A stretch of DNA of 64,000 nt from Eledone cirrhosa (taxonomy: Eukaryota): the NCBI GenBank assembly GCA_964016885.1, contig OZ024749.1:31124001-31188000 (forward strand). Reading direction: 5' to 3'. The notes under the pieces were generated by a model. The model was not told where the DNA came from and did no database searches. It was given only the letters and a program-made list of their open reading frames with translations. Numbering within the stretch: the stretch's first letter is position 1; every line of letters begins with the position of its first letter. Shown here one piece after another: positions 1-12,997 of the stretch. Position numbers and translations under genes: made by a program.

Positions 1-1478
1 ATATCTAGGTGTTTGTGAAGGAGACGGAATCAAGCACTCGACAATGAGGGAAAGGATAAGGAGGGAATGTTACCGCAGAGTGAGAGCAATCTTAAAAACG
101 GAATTGAATGCAAGGAATAGGATCGATGCCATAAACACGCTTGCCATACCAGTAGTAACCTACAGTTACAATGTCATCAACTGGACAAGCACAGAGATCC
201 GTAGGCTCGATACAAAAATTCGAAAATTCTTAACCATGCACAGAATGCATCACCCTAAAGCAGATATAGATAGAATATATCTCCCTAGGAAAGAAGGGGG
301 ACGTGGGTTAATCCAGTTAGACATTGCGTTGAAAACTGCAACAATTGGATTATCTACATATCTAAGGGAATCACATGATTGGATGATCAAACTCGTTTTG
401 AAACACGAAAGCATCAAAAGATCATATTCCATTACAAAAGATGCACAAAGATACAGTAATGGACTACAAATTTCAGAAGTCCCATTTACTGCTGAAATGG
501 AAAACACAGAAAAAGCAAAGCAGGTAAAAGTAACTGCAAAGAAAGAACTGCTACAGAAACTGGCTAAGAAATGGCAAGAAAAGCCTCTGTATGGAAAATA
601 CCCAGAGCGAGCTAACAATCCTGATGTTGACAAAACTTTAACCCAACAGTGGTTGGCATCCACTGGACTGAAATCGGAGACTGAAGGACTGATTATATCG
701 GCACAAGATCAGTGTCTGCCAACAAAAAATTACTAAGCCAACATAATAAAAAATGGATGCAGCCCATTATGCCGTGTATGCAAAAAACAACCAGAGACCA
801 TTGACCATATAATTTCAATGTGCAGTCCTATAGCTCCAACCGAATACCTAAACAGGCATGACAGAGCTGCACAATACATACATTGGATAATGTGTAAGCA
901 TTTTGACCTGCCCCATCAAAAGAATTGGTGGGAGCATCAACCACCTCCCATACTTGAAAAAGATCACATCTCAATCTTGTGGAACTTTAGCATCCAAACA
1001 GACCGAAAAATAGATGCAAACAGACCTGATATAATATTGAAAGACTTTCAAAAGAGGGTATGCCTGCTAATTGATATGTCTGTTCCAATAGACAAGAATG
1101 TATCTATAAAAACATTTGAAAAATTGAGCAAGTATAAGGACCTGGAGATAGAAATTGGAAAATGTGGAAATTGAGAACTAAAACAATACCAGTGGTTGTA
1201 GGCGCTCTGGGAATGATACCTAAGGGGTCTAATGATTACATATCGCAAATCCCAGGAAACCCGCGTATAGGAGAAATACAAAAGATAGTACTAATGGGAA
1301 CTGCCCATATACTAAGGAAGATTCTGTCAATATAAGTACATCACAAGTCTAAACACTAAAGTTGCATGTGTGAATATGTATGTTCTTTCTTGAACATGGC
1401 GGACCTTGTTGTCTCTTGAGGTCACTGGTTGTGACTTGGTGATAACTCGTATGAACATAAAGCAAGATAAATGCAACT
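1..1478 (+). mobile_element. R4/Dong-clade non-LTR retrotransposon, 3' part (RT C-terminus, CCHC, RLE endonuclease, 3' UTR), disabled; runs off the left edge
   Basis: Near-identical to 27640-29116. Premature TAA at 734-736 (CAA in the other copy) and a 1-nt deletion near 1160. Motifs CRVC..ETIDHIISMC, RHD, RPDII..IDMS..KY.DL. Followed by (TAA)n. Confidence 0.93.
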
Positions 1479-1499
1479 GTAATAATAATAATAATAATA

Positions 1500-1678
1500 A
1501 TTGTTTCTACCTTTGGCACAAGGCCAGCAATTAACCAGTGCATTACTGGTACTTTATTTTATCGAACCCGTAAGGATGAAAGGCAAAGTTAACCTCGGCG
1601 GGATTTGAACTCAGATCATATAGGGACGTAACTCTATGCTTCAAAGCATGGTGTCCGACTCTCTACCGATACTACCAA
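1500..1678 (-). mobile_element. tRNA-derived SINE, major family
   Basis: Reverse complement of the recurring unit with B-box-like GAGTTCAAATCCC, core CTTTCATCCTTACGGG..CGATAAAATAAAGTACCAG and 3' end GTAGAAACA. Confidence 0.85.
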
Positions 1679-1715
1679 AATAATAATAATAATAATTATT
1701 ATAATAATAATAATG

Positions 1716-2727
1716 ATTTCATTTATTAGCCACAAGGGCCGACATGTAGGGGACAATACAAAGACAGGGACTGTGAGGGTTTACAATAAGGTCGAGTAAA
1801 AGTGCACAATGGCAGAGACTAATTTAACAATGAAGATATAAGAATATAAAATAAACTATGCATAAATATAACAAAATAAGTTCCCCGATAGGGGGTGGAC
1901 GACCCTGGGATGACTCGGGTACCCTACCAATCCTGAACCACCCTGCGCTTCTAGGGCACCCAGGGAGAGCACCCCTCTCCTGAAGTTAGCTAGCCTATAG
2001 GCGCATGGTCAGAGTAGGCCCATTCACACGAGCCATTCTCGCCATATTCATCCACCTTTTAGCAAATGTACTGGGGGACAGCACTTCTCTCTCCACCCCC
2101 ACCTTCCTTTCCAGGTGAAACTTGAAGAAGTTGATGAGGGATTGGCCGAAGAGAAAAGTCTCTGTCTTCAGGCCTTTTAACCTGGTCCACCATATAACCT
2201 CTTTCTCAACTGCCACCAGACAGAGGAAAATGTCCTGCTCTTCCTGACCTAAGGAAGGCGGCGTGTCGATCTTCACTATGGACTCGGCCGTTAGCCGATT
2301 CGTTCCACACGCGACAGCAGCTGTTCGACATAACTCCACAAGTCAGTAATGCACGGACATTGGATAAGTACGTGCAGAACGGTTAGGTCGTTCTGTGGGC
2401 ATCTTGGGCAGGTCCGTCTGACAGCACTTCCGTGCCTGTAGAGTTTATCCCGAACCGGCAGTGCCCCCCGGTAACACTGCAAAGCGAGGGATTTGTGGAA
2501 ATTGTCCTTCGTCCCCGGCTCGAAAGTACTCCGGTACAGACTGGTCAGTTCGATATCGTCGAGGCCCAAATCTTCTCCGAGTGCGTCATCGCACTTGACC
2601 ACGACTAATCCTCTATAGAACTCGAAAGTGGAAGTTCCACTGATCGCATTGCCCGCTTGGTAGAGGGCAGTGAGTGCCTGGCAACATTCTAGGTGCCAGT
2701 CACTCAGTCTCACTCAGACTGCAGCTC
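1716..2727 (-). mobile_element. L1/Tx1-type LINE 3' fragment (zf-RVT region plus 3' UTR), frameshifted
   Basis: ORFs 2291-2713 and 1995-2339 contain ALPVRDKLYRHG...TCPRC...TVLHVLIQCP, a zf-RVT-like CCHC. AATAAA at the 3' end next to an (ATT)n tract. Confidence 0.75.
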
Positions 2728-2729
2728 AA

Positions 2730-2926
2730 ATGGTTTCTCATTTAGGCACAAGGCCAGCAATTTTTGAGTGAAGGGAAAGTCGATTAAATCGACCCCAGTG
2801 CGTGACTGGGACATTATTTTATAGACACCGTAAGGATGAAAGGCAAAGTTAAAATCGGCAGTATTTGAACTCAGAACGTAAAGAGCCATAACTCTATGCT
2901 AAAAAGCATGGTGTCAGACGCTCTAC
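2730..2926 (-). mobile_element. tRNA-derived SINE, major family
   Basis: Same core and ends as the other copies, with a longer GTCGATT-containing 3' part. Confidence 0.8.
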
Positions 2927-3055
2927 AGAATTTCGATCATTCATTCATTCGTTGGTGTTTTTCTATCCTATACGTGGTTCAACGTTTCTATTGATCTATC
3001 TAATCATCGATCTCTATCAATCATCAGTCAGGAATTATATATTTAATATATTTAA

Positions 3056-3139
<84 letters not shown>

Positions 3140-3584
3140 ATATATATACTGTATATATGTGTATATATATATATTTATATATATATAATATGTATATATA
3201 CTCCTTCTTTATTTAATCATGCAGCACTATCCATCCATATTTGCATCCATGTGTCTGTGCTTCTATCTATGCTGTTACATAGAAGCACATACACTACGAT
3301 ATCATATATGATGAAAGCCTTGAAAGTGCTGCTAGTGAGGCTTTGAAAGTGTTCAGATCATAAAGTTCCATATTCAGAAACCAGTTGGGAATGCTGATGA
3401 GGGGGGAAGAGGAAGAAACACGTGATCTCGTGTGATGTCGTCAAAGAATGAAGTATCTCTTTAATAGCCTATATCGTGACGTACGTTTTACAAGTTAAAT
3501 GTCCAGCTACCTTCTTTTGCTTTGATATTACCATAAAGATTTATTGATAGTTGGAGGTCGGAATGATATGTCAAGCATAAATAC

Positions 3585-4485
3585 ATACACACACAAATAC
3601 ACACAGGCACGATTGCACATACACACATACAAACACACACACGCACATACACACAGGCACGATTGCACATGCACACATACAAACACACATACATGCGCAC
3701 ATACACACAGGCACGATTGCACATACACACATACAAACACACATACGCACATACACCAAGGCACGATTGCACATACACACATACAAACACACATACGCAC
3801 ATACACACAGGCACGATTTCACATGTACACATACAAACACACATACGCACATACACACAGACACGATTGCACATACACACATACAAACACACAGGCACGA
3901 TTGCACATGCACACATACAAACTCACATACGCACATACACACATACACGATTGCAAATACACACACACACACACATACACGAACGCACATACACACATAC
4001 AAACACACAGGCACGATTGCACATGCACACATACAAACTCACATACGCACATACACACATACACGATTGCAAATACACACACACACACACATACACGAAC
4101 GCACATACACACACGCCAACGCATATACACACACATATACACACGATTGCATGCACGCACACGCGCACACACACACACAAACGCACATACACACATACCC
4201 GATTGCACATACTCATACACACATACACACATACGTACACACATAGACGCACACAAACATGCACGAATGCACATACACACACGAAACGCATATACATACA
4301 CACACGATCGTACATACGCACGCACACACACACACACATACGCGTGTAAATGCAATTTCATGAGCACACACTACCACACTACAAGCTAGAATTCCCACAG
4401 AAATACACACGCACACACATGGACGCACAAGCACATACACACACAAGCCTGAACATAAATTCACATGCATAGACACACACACATA
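3585..4485. repeat. CA-rich minisatellite with recurring GCACGATTGCACA(T) anchor
   Basis: Units of about 50 bp repeat and degenerate to the right. Confidence 0.9.
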
Positions 4486-4792
4486 TAAAGTTACATACAG
4501 ATGTATATGTATATATAATGTTCATGTCTACCTTTATATATATATATATATGTGTATGTGCGTGTGTGTGTGTTTCTGTGTATATATGTGTGTGGGGGGG
4601 GAGGGGGCGAGTGTAATGGGGGTATGCGTCTATAATTATCTATATTATTATTATATATGTGAGTATAGATACATAAGTTAATTATATATACATATGTATT
4701 TATGTTAAAAAGTAAACAGAAATAATAAAGCAAACGTCACAGAACAGTGACGAAATATATTAGTTTAACGCTTGAAATAATAAGGAACGTCA

Positions 4793-4826
4793 CTTAACGT
4801 TTCGGACATTAGTCCCTCATCCGAAG
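4793..4826 (-). ncRNA. Degenerate minimal hammerhead (PLE pLTR remnant)
   Basis: Minus strand: CGGATGAG GGAC TAAT GTCC GAAA CGTTA. Core deviates from CUGAUGA. Confidence 0.45.
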
Positions 4827-4942
4827 ATAGAATATGAAATAAATGATGATGTAGAGCGCTAAGTAGTGATAAGAGGAATAAACGGATAAACAATTGAGAA
4901 AGAAAGATAGACTTAATTTGTCAATCATGTATATGGGTGTGT

Positions 4943-5103
4943 GTACGAGGAAGACCGAGGTTAACATATGTTGATGTCCTAAGTACAGTCACTGATGTCT
5001 TGGAGACGCAGGACATGGCAGCAATAATGGGGGACAGAGACCGCTGGTGGAGCTCGTCCATGGAGCTCGGGAATTTTACCCGCCCTAGACATTGATGTAG
5101 GTA
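4943..5103 (+). mobile_element. RTE-type LINE extreme 3' fragment
   Basis: Translates as VRGRPRLTYVDVL...DMAAIMGDRDRWWS, matching the RTE C-terminal RGRP...M.DR..W motif. Confidence 0.6.
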
Positions 5104-5699
5104 TATTTAACTGCCTTAATCCTTAGATTCTTTCCAGATAGATAGTGATTTTAAAGTAGCTTATAAGCATTTATTAGACTATACACGTGTATGTATGGCG
5201 CCGTAACGGCTGATAGAGTCGTAGGGGCACCGTATTGACATATAGCGTTTCTTGGTCATTTTGAGCAGGGCGAAGCCCATCACTCTCCAGGCCCTAATAC
5301 AGCAGATTTCTTCCAGAGAAAGATGAGAAATGAGAGGAAATGAGAAAGAGATGTAGGGGAAGAATCATCGACTTCTGTAGTAGACTGATACTTTTTTTTC
5401 TTGATCGCGAAAGGATGAAAGGCAAAGTGGACTTCGGCAGGATTTAAACTCCGAGATCAGAGAACCGGAACGAATAACATAAAGCATTGTATCCGAGGTT
5501 GTTAACGATTCTGCCAATTCACCTCCTAGACAATATAGAGCCGAGGTCTAATAACTTTGAATCATCATTGTTGTCAGTGTAGCTTGCGAAGTTCAGACCC
5601 TGGCACTTCCATTTCTCATTACCAATGAATTATTAGTTAAATTTATTCTCATCAAAGTTCTCCCTCATACACTATACTCTCAGAATAGTTATTGGAGCT

Positions 5700-5803
5700 A
5701 ATGTATGTGTGTGAGTGTGTATATGTGTGTGGGTATATGCGTGTGAGTGTGATATCATGTGTGTGTGTGTGTGTGTGTGGATATATGCGTGTGAGTGTGA
5801 TAT

Positions 5804-5838
<35 letters not shown>

Positions 5839-6001
5839 ATATATGCGTGTGAGTGTGATATCATGTGTGTGTGTGTGTGTGTGTGGATATATGCGTGTGA
5901 GTGTGATATCAAGTGTGTGTGTGTGTGTGTGGATATATGCGTGTGAGTGTGATATCATGTGTGTGTGTGTGTGTGTGGATATATGCGTGTGAGTGTGATA
6001 T

Positions 6002-6036
<35 letters not shown>

Positions 6037-6059
6037 ATATATGCGTGTGAGTGTGATAT

Positions 6060-6094
<35 letters not shown>

Positions 6095-6143
6095 ATATAT
6101 GCGTGTGAGTGTGATATCATGTGTGTGTGTGTGTGTGTGTGTG
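5700..6143. repeat. Minisatellite (GT)n-GGATATATGCGTGTGAGTGTGATATCAT, about 8 units
   Basis: Constant anchor with a variable GT tract. Confidence 0.92.
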
Positions 6144-6590
6144 GTTGTAGTTTAGGATTAAAAAAGACAGATTGAATATGATTGCACAAACAATGAGTAA
6201 AAAGGGAAGAGGGAAAGAAGGGTAGATTTGGCTGTATGGGGAAGTAGAGGAAAGGTTAACATAAAATATTATGTGTTTCACAGCTAATAGAAAAGAAAAA
6301 TAATGTCTCAAAATATCGGACGTTGGTCTTTCATCGAAAGAGTGAGAGCGAGAGAGAGAGAGAGAGGGGGAGAGAGAGAGTGAGAGAGAAAGAGAAAGTA
6401 TACTTCTCAGATAGTATGTTGGAAAGCTGAAGAAAAATTAAAAAGAAAGTTTATGAGGATAGGTGAGGTAGGCTGGCATGTTTGTTTGTTGTAATGAAGC
6501 TAAGAATAACACTAAACAATGTGTCTTACCAAGGAAACAAGCAAACAAGCAATGTCTGCTTAAATATTACGTTCACTGATAGGTATATAC

Positions 6591-6622
<32 letters not shown>

Positions 6623-6635
6623 GTATATATATATA

Positions 6636-6688
<53 letters not shown>

Positions 6689-6721
6689 ATATATATATGT
6701 GTATATATATATGTATATATA

Positions 6722-6772
<51 letters not shown>

Positions 6773-6951
6773 AGAGAGAGAGTGAGAGAGAGAGAGGGGA
6801 GAGAGTGGAGTGGCAATGCGAAATGGAAAGCAAAACAGGAGGAGCGACAGAGAGAGAGAGAGAGAGAGGGAGAGACAGAGAAAGTGTGCGAGAGTAAGAG
6901 AGATAGTACGAGAGAAAGAGATCCAGAGCAAGAGAGAAAGAGAACGTGAGT

Positions 6952-7053
<102 letters not shown>

Positions 7054-7224
7054 AGGGTGTGAGAGGTGAGATTAGAAACTACAGAAGATCCTCATGTGAA
7101 CAATAGATGTAGAACAGACATATCGGGCGCTGCCAGACATACAAGATGTCTTAAGTCTTGATCAACACGTAATCTGCTCCACTTCACACTTAGCAAATGT
7201 TGCATATAATTAAGGCAAAGGAGT

Positions 7225-7273
7225 ATATATGTAGTGAGTTTACTTTGGTTGTTTATCACTGTCTATACATGTT

Positions 7274-7322
<49 letters not shown>

Positions 7323-7342
7323 GTGTGTGTGTATGTGTATGT

Positions 7343-7414
<72 letters not shown>

Positions 7415-7740
7415 GTGTGATTTCACATATGATGTGGTTGTATGTAGTGAGATTACTTTGGTTGTCTATCACTATCTATACATGTTTATATATACATATA
7501 TATATATATGTATACGTGTGTGTGTGTGTCTGTGTGTGTGTGTGCGTGTGTGTGTATGTGTGTGTGTGTGTGTGTGCGTGTGTGTGATTGCACATGTGAT
7601 GAGGTTGTATGTAGTGTGATTACTTTTTGTATGTAGTGTGATTTCTTTGGTTGTCTATCACTGTCTATACATGTTATATATACATATATACACACATATA
7701 TATATATATATATAAATATACGTGTGTGTGTGTGTGTGTA

Positions 7741-7785
<45 letters not shown>

Positions 7786-7848
7786 TTGTACATATGGTGA
7801 GGTTGTATGTAGTGTGATTACTTTGGTTGTCTATTACTGTCTATACAT

Positions 7849-7895
<47 letters not shown>

Positions 7896-8120
7896 CGGGG
7901 GGGTGCATATGGTGGGGGTGTATGTAGTGTGAATACGTTGGTTGTCTCTTACTGTCTATACATATTTATGTATATATATATATGTGTGTGTGCGTGTGTG
8001 TGAGTGGGTGTTTGTGCATACGGTGAGGTTGTATGTAGTGTTATTGATTTAGTCGTCCCCTAGCGTCTATACATGTAAATATATATATGTGTGTATATAT
8101 GTGTGTATGTGTGTATGTGT
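7225..8120. repeat. Compound tandem repeat (TATGTAGTGTGATTACTTTGGTTGTCTATCACTGTCTATACATG plus TA/GT tracts), 5-6 units
   Basis: Anchor recurs near 7230, 7441, 7630, 7806, 7921 and 8031. Confidence 0.85.
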
Positions 8121-8272
8121 CTGAACCTATGTGGGTGTCTTTGCACATACCTGTACATTAGTGTAATTGTGTGTGTATGTGACATATAATGAAAGAGCTT
8201 GTGTGTGTATACAGTTCAATGTTTCTGGTTGTCTGGCGTATTCCATGCCTCCATACACACACAGACACACAT

Positions 8273-8314
<42 letters not shown>

Positions 8315-8336
8315 TTATATAGACACACAGAGACAT

Positions 8337-8430
<94 letters not shown>

Positions 8431-8780
8431 GAAATCTATAGAAATTATTGTAGCAAGACGCCAACAGTATTCCATAATATATAGTATATAAGTGACTATA
8501 GCGTCAAAATGGAAAAATAGTTAACGTAAGATGTAGGAAAATAATTCAAACTCAATTCAAAAAGAATCATGATATAGATTTATCCAACAGAATCAGGATA
8601 TAGATTTATCCAACAGAATTTGGTGAAATCCAGGGAAAAATCAATAGGTCTTTAACTCAGAATAAAATAAAGTTTAAAATACTCATCCTTCAATTTGGAA
8701 AAACTACAAATGCTCTGTATAGTCTTAAAAGACTATTTCACGAAACTTTCAGTGGGGATGGTCACGGTTGGAATCGATCA

Positions 8781-8809
<29 letters not shown>

Positions 8810-8818
<9 letters not shown>

Positions 8819-9212
8819 AAATAATTAAGTCGAATATTTAAAACTTGGCTTCGTTTATTAAAGGTGTACTGCTATATATATTTCGGTGACAGCCATCCTT
8901 GGCTGTGACCTCTTCAGGCAGTCCGAATTGGTGTGGTAGAGACAGGTACATATGTTATTAAAGTGTTTAACTCCGTCGAAACTCCGATATGTCCAGTTTC
9001 TGGTTGGGTTGTTATTTCTCTGAGGAACTGGAATCATATCATATGATTCCAGTACATACACTTTAATAACATGTGTACCTGTCTCTACCACACTAATTCG
9101 GACTGCCTGAAGAGGTCACAGCCAAGGATGGCTGTCACCGATATATATATACCAGTACACCTTTTAATAAACGAAGCCAAATTTTAAATATTTGATTAAT
9201 TATTTTATTTTA
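8810..9212. mobile_element. Fold-back PLE pLTR insert in (TA)n
   Basis: Arms about 8810-8965 and 9057-9212 are inverted copies, each with a hammerhead. Inner palindrome CTGGAATCATATCATATGATTCCAG. Confidence 0.8.
8868..8922 (-). ncRNA. Type I hammerhead ribozyme, intact core
   Basis: ACTGC-CTGAAGA-GGTCACAGCC AAGGAT GGCTGTCACC-GAAA-TATATA-TA-GCAGT. The mirror copy at 9102-9156 has GAAA changed to GATA. Confidence 0.85.
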
Positions 9213-9459
9213 TATATATATATATTTTATATATATATATATTATATATATAAATTGGGTCAAATACTGGTCATAATGATTGCGAAGCGAAATCATTTAA
9301 ACATTCGTCCATGCAGTATCTCACCACCATATATATATATATATATAACCAAAGATTAATATGGTTCATTGATTACTCAATGAATATAGTTTTACAATAG
9401 ATTAAAAGCACTCTACATTTACTGTAGCACTCTGGAGTTATTATTATTCAGAATAATAA

Positions 9460-9646
9460 GGGCGGTGGATTGGCAGTATCGGTAAGGGTTGGACGCCATG
9501 CTTTGAAGCATAGACTTACCTCCCTTTATGATCTGAGTTCAAATCCCGCCGAGGTTAACTTTGCCTTTCATCCTTACAGGGTCGATAAAATAAAGTACCA
9601 GTAATGCACTGGGATATTTGCTGGCCTTGTGCCAAATGTAGAAACA
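9460..9646 (+). mobile_element. Full-length tRNA-derived SINE with 20-bp TSD
   Basis: A-box-like TGGCAGTATCGG and B-box-like GAGTTCAAATCCC. TSD ATTATTATTCAGAATAATAA at 9440-9459 and 9647-9666. Confidence 0.92.
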
Positions 9647-9699
9647 ATTATTATTCAGAATAATAATAAATGAAGGCATTCACATAATCAAAATATATG

Positions 9700-9761
9700 T
9701 TTTATTATATATATTTCGAAGGTACTCTGCTGTTTTTTCAGCACGTCCTCGTCAGATAAAA
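9700..9761 (-). ncRNA. Type I hammerhead ribozyme
   Basis: TTTTAT-CTGACGA-GGACGTGCTG AAAAAA CAGCAGAGTACCTTC-GAAA-TATATA-TA-ATAAAA. Stem II is imperfect. Confidence 0.65.
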
Positions 9762-10030
9762 TACATTACTTGATGTATGACATACCTCAACGGTCTTGAT
9801 AGTTCAATTCCAGTATTGGCAGTGAGTTATATAAATCACTGCCAATACTGGAATTGAACTATGTACCTTCGAAATATATATATAATAAAATATATATTTT
9901 GATTATGTGAATGTCTTCATTTATTTATTATTCTGAATAATAATAGCTCCACAAAACTTGACTGGAGAGTGCTTTTAATCTATTGTAAAACTATATTCAC
10001 TGAGTAATCAATGAACCATATTAATCTTTA

Positions 10031-10114
<84 letters not shown>

Positions 10115-10159
10115 GTGACGAAACATAAGTCAATTGCATGAACTCATAATCCTTTATTT

Positions 10160-10215
10160 ACTGCTATATATATTTCGATGATAGCCATTGAATGGCTATG
10201 ACCTCATCAGGCAGT
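10160..10215 (-). ncRNA. Type I hammerhead ribozyme, intact
   Basis: Reverse complement of the motif at 10323-10378. Confidence 0.88.
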
Positions 10216-10322
10216 TAGTCAGTTCTTAGATATGCCAGCTCTGTGTGTATAGTGTTGATGTCCCAAGGCTCTGATACGATCAACACTATACACACAGAGC
10301 TGGCATATCTAAGAACTGACTA

Positions 10323-10378
10323 ACTGCCTGATGAGGTCATAGCCATTCAATGGCTATCATCGAAATATATATAGCAGT
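10323..10378 (+). ncRNA. Type I hammerhead ribozyme, intact
   Basis: ACTGC-CTGATGA-GGTCATAGCCA TTCAA TGGCTATCATC-GAAA-TATATA-TA-GCAGT, then AAATAAA. Confidence 0.9.
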
Positions 10379-10534
10379 AAATAAATGATTATGAGTTCAT
10401 GCAATTGACTTGTTTCGTCACTATTATAACTCCGGAACTTATATCTTCGCTGAGTGCTCCCTATCCGCATACTGAAGTACTGGATTTTACCAACACTTAC
10501 TTTCTTGCTATATATATATATATATATGGTGGTG

Positions 10535-10810
10535 AGATACTGGATGGACAAATGTTTAAATGATTTCGCTTCGCAATCACTATGACCAGTATTTGACCCA
10601 ACTCCTTAGCGACTTGCATGGCTAATCCAAACCTGTAATTCAAAGGGCCAGGCCTTTCACATATTGCGTCATGCTGAATCTATCTAAGAACTATCCTAAG
10701 GTTACACGTGTCTCTGGAATGATCAACCACTTGCATGTAATTTTCATGGGTAATTTGTTCCATTGATCGAAAATTCGGAACACCCATCGTTGAAAGGGAC
10801 GGAGATCCAT
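10535..10810 (+). mobile_element. Old SINE-like repeat of a second family
   Basis: Degenerate tRNA-like head followed by a body (AAAGGGCCAGGCC...TACACGTGTC...GACGGAG) that I recall as a cephalopod repeat. Unverified. Confidence 0.45.
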
Positions 10811-10880
10811 TGATATACCTCTGTGTGTATGTGTGGTGTATGTATTGGTGTACGTGTGTGCATATGCACTTTGGCATAAC

Positions 10881-10915
<35 letters not shown>

Positions 10916-11518
10916 GTGGTGTTGTATTTTCTTACCTTAAGTTGCTCGCACATTGCTCGGTTTGTTGTTTATTTTCGCTGTTTTTTCACTGTTTTCTATT
11001 TTCTTCCCTCCCTCCTCTGTTTTCCCAATAACTAATCCAGTTATTGACGCTCTGAGAGGTAGATATCTTGTCTTTAAAGCGTAGAAATATCCGAGACCGT
11101 TGAGTAGACAACTGATGAGGAAATCCCTTCCCTCGTTCTTTCTTTCTTTTTCTACTTATCCCCACTCCATTTTAAGCTATATATATGTATATGCATATTT
11201 ATAAATATATATATATATATAAAAAACATATATATATATATATATATTTATATATTCACGATTTCACCGAATTTAAATTCATAGAAATCTGGGACTTGTC
11301 TCTTTCTTCCTCACTTTCTGTTGCTTCACCATTTTGTTTGTTTACCCTCGCGTCCCCTTTATTTACGTGTCCCAACGACTTTTTTTAGCCGTTGCTCGCA
11401 CCAACCGGAGGTATATGGTCTTTGATGCGATGAAATGCCTATGATGGTTGGAAGATCACTGATGAAGGACAACCTTTTTTCATATGTAACCCATTTGCAA
11501 CTCCGCAGCGCCCTTATT

Positions 11519-12098
<580 letters not shown>

Positions 12099-12101
12099 AC
12101 A

Positions 12102-12154
<53 letters not shown>

Positions 12155-12284
12155 TGTAACTGCTCACTCTTAATCTTAGCCAACTTTTCCTTGATATCTT
12201 TCCTAAGCTTTAATAGATGTATACTCCATATTCTTCTGAGTTTTTGGCTTGTATTGGCCGATAGTGCTTCTTGTAGCTTTACTT

Positions 12285-12322
12285 GCCCTGATGAGTCCTT
12301 AATAGGACGAAACATTGTTGGC
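12285..12322 (+). ncRNA. Minimal type I hammerhead in a solo PLE pLTR (about 12150-12475)
   Basis: GCC-CTGATGA-GTCCT TAAT AGGAC-GAAA-CATTG-TT-GGC-TAATAAA. The segment is bounded by (TA)n. Confidence 0.8.
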
Positions 12323-12471
12323 TAATAAAGACTTTTGATGTATTGAAGGCTTCTTTGGTTTATTTTTTATAATTCTTCGGCTCTGTTTAATTACATTGAG
12401 CTATATCTTATATTGTCATTTCTATAATATGAAGAGGGTGTTTAACTCCAACACACTCTAGTATTTTAATT

Positions 12472-12541
<70 letters not shown>

Positions 12542-12964
12542 GGTGGGTTTGTGTGTGTGGAGTTACAATGGAAAGTAAGATTAGTGAAATCTATATCGAT
12601 TACCTATCTATGATTAAATGATACATGATTAATAATGGCGTCTTCATTCTGACTATTGTCCCACGATTATTACTGTCAGCTATAATATACTTACACAAAC
12701 ACACACTCACAAACACACACATACATACACATTCGCAGTTTCTCACTCACATACATGCACACACCTACACACACATAAAACAACATGAATGTATATATAT
12801 ATGTACTCGTATATACAAACTCGCACGTACACATATTCACATCACTCATCAATTAGCAGCAGCAGCAGCAGCAGAAACAGCAGCACAGGAGCAGCAGCGG
12901 CAGTAGTAGAGGGAGGGGTGAGGAGGAGAGGGTGAGGAGGAGAGGGTGCTCTAGTAGTAGTAGC

Positions 12965-12997
<33 letters not shown>

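Larger units (their letters stand above)
9345..10036. mobile_element. Fold-back PLE pLTR insert in (TA)n, interrupted by a SINE
   Basis: 9345-9725 (minus the SINE) is inverted relative to 9863-10036. Inner perfect inverted repeat about 9799-9862. Hammerhead in the left arm. Confidence 0.75.
10113..10509. mobile_element. Near-perfect fold-back PLE pLTR insert with two intact hammerheads and a one-sided tail
   Basis: Arms 10113-10259 and 10279-10423, 19-nt spacer, unpaired tail 10424-10509, (TA)n on both sides. Confidence 0.88.

Noticed and set aside
3305-3430. Hammerhead-like strings (also near 11112, 11459, 17058, 19550-19595, 40503-40537)
   Set aside because: Core or stems too degenerate to call. 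Probably decayed pLTRs.
5700-6143. Repeat-spacer pattern resembling a CRISPR array
   Set aside because: Spacers are only (GT)n, the context is eukaryotic and there are no cas genes.
10362-10373. Idea that the ribozyme-cut end ...UAUAUAUA primes on (TA)n targets
   Set aside because: Integrated ends lie well downstream of the cleavage site, and families with CAATTG or CCGG stems also sit in TA tracts.
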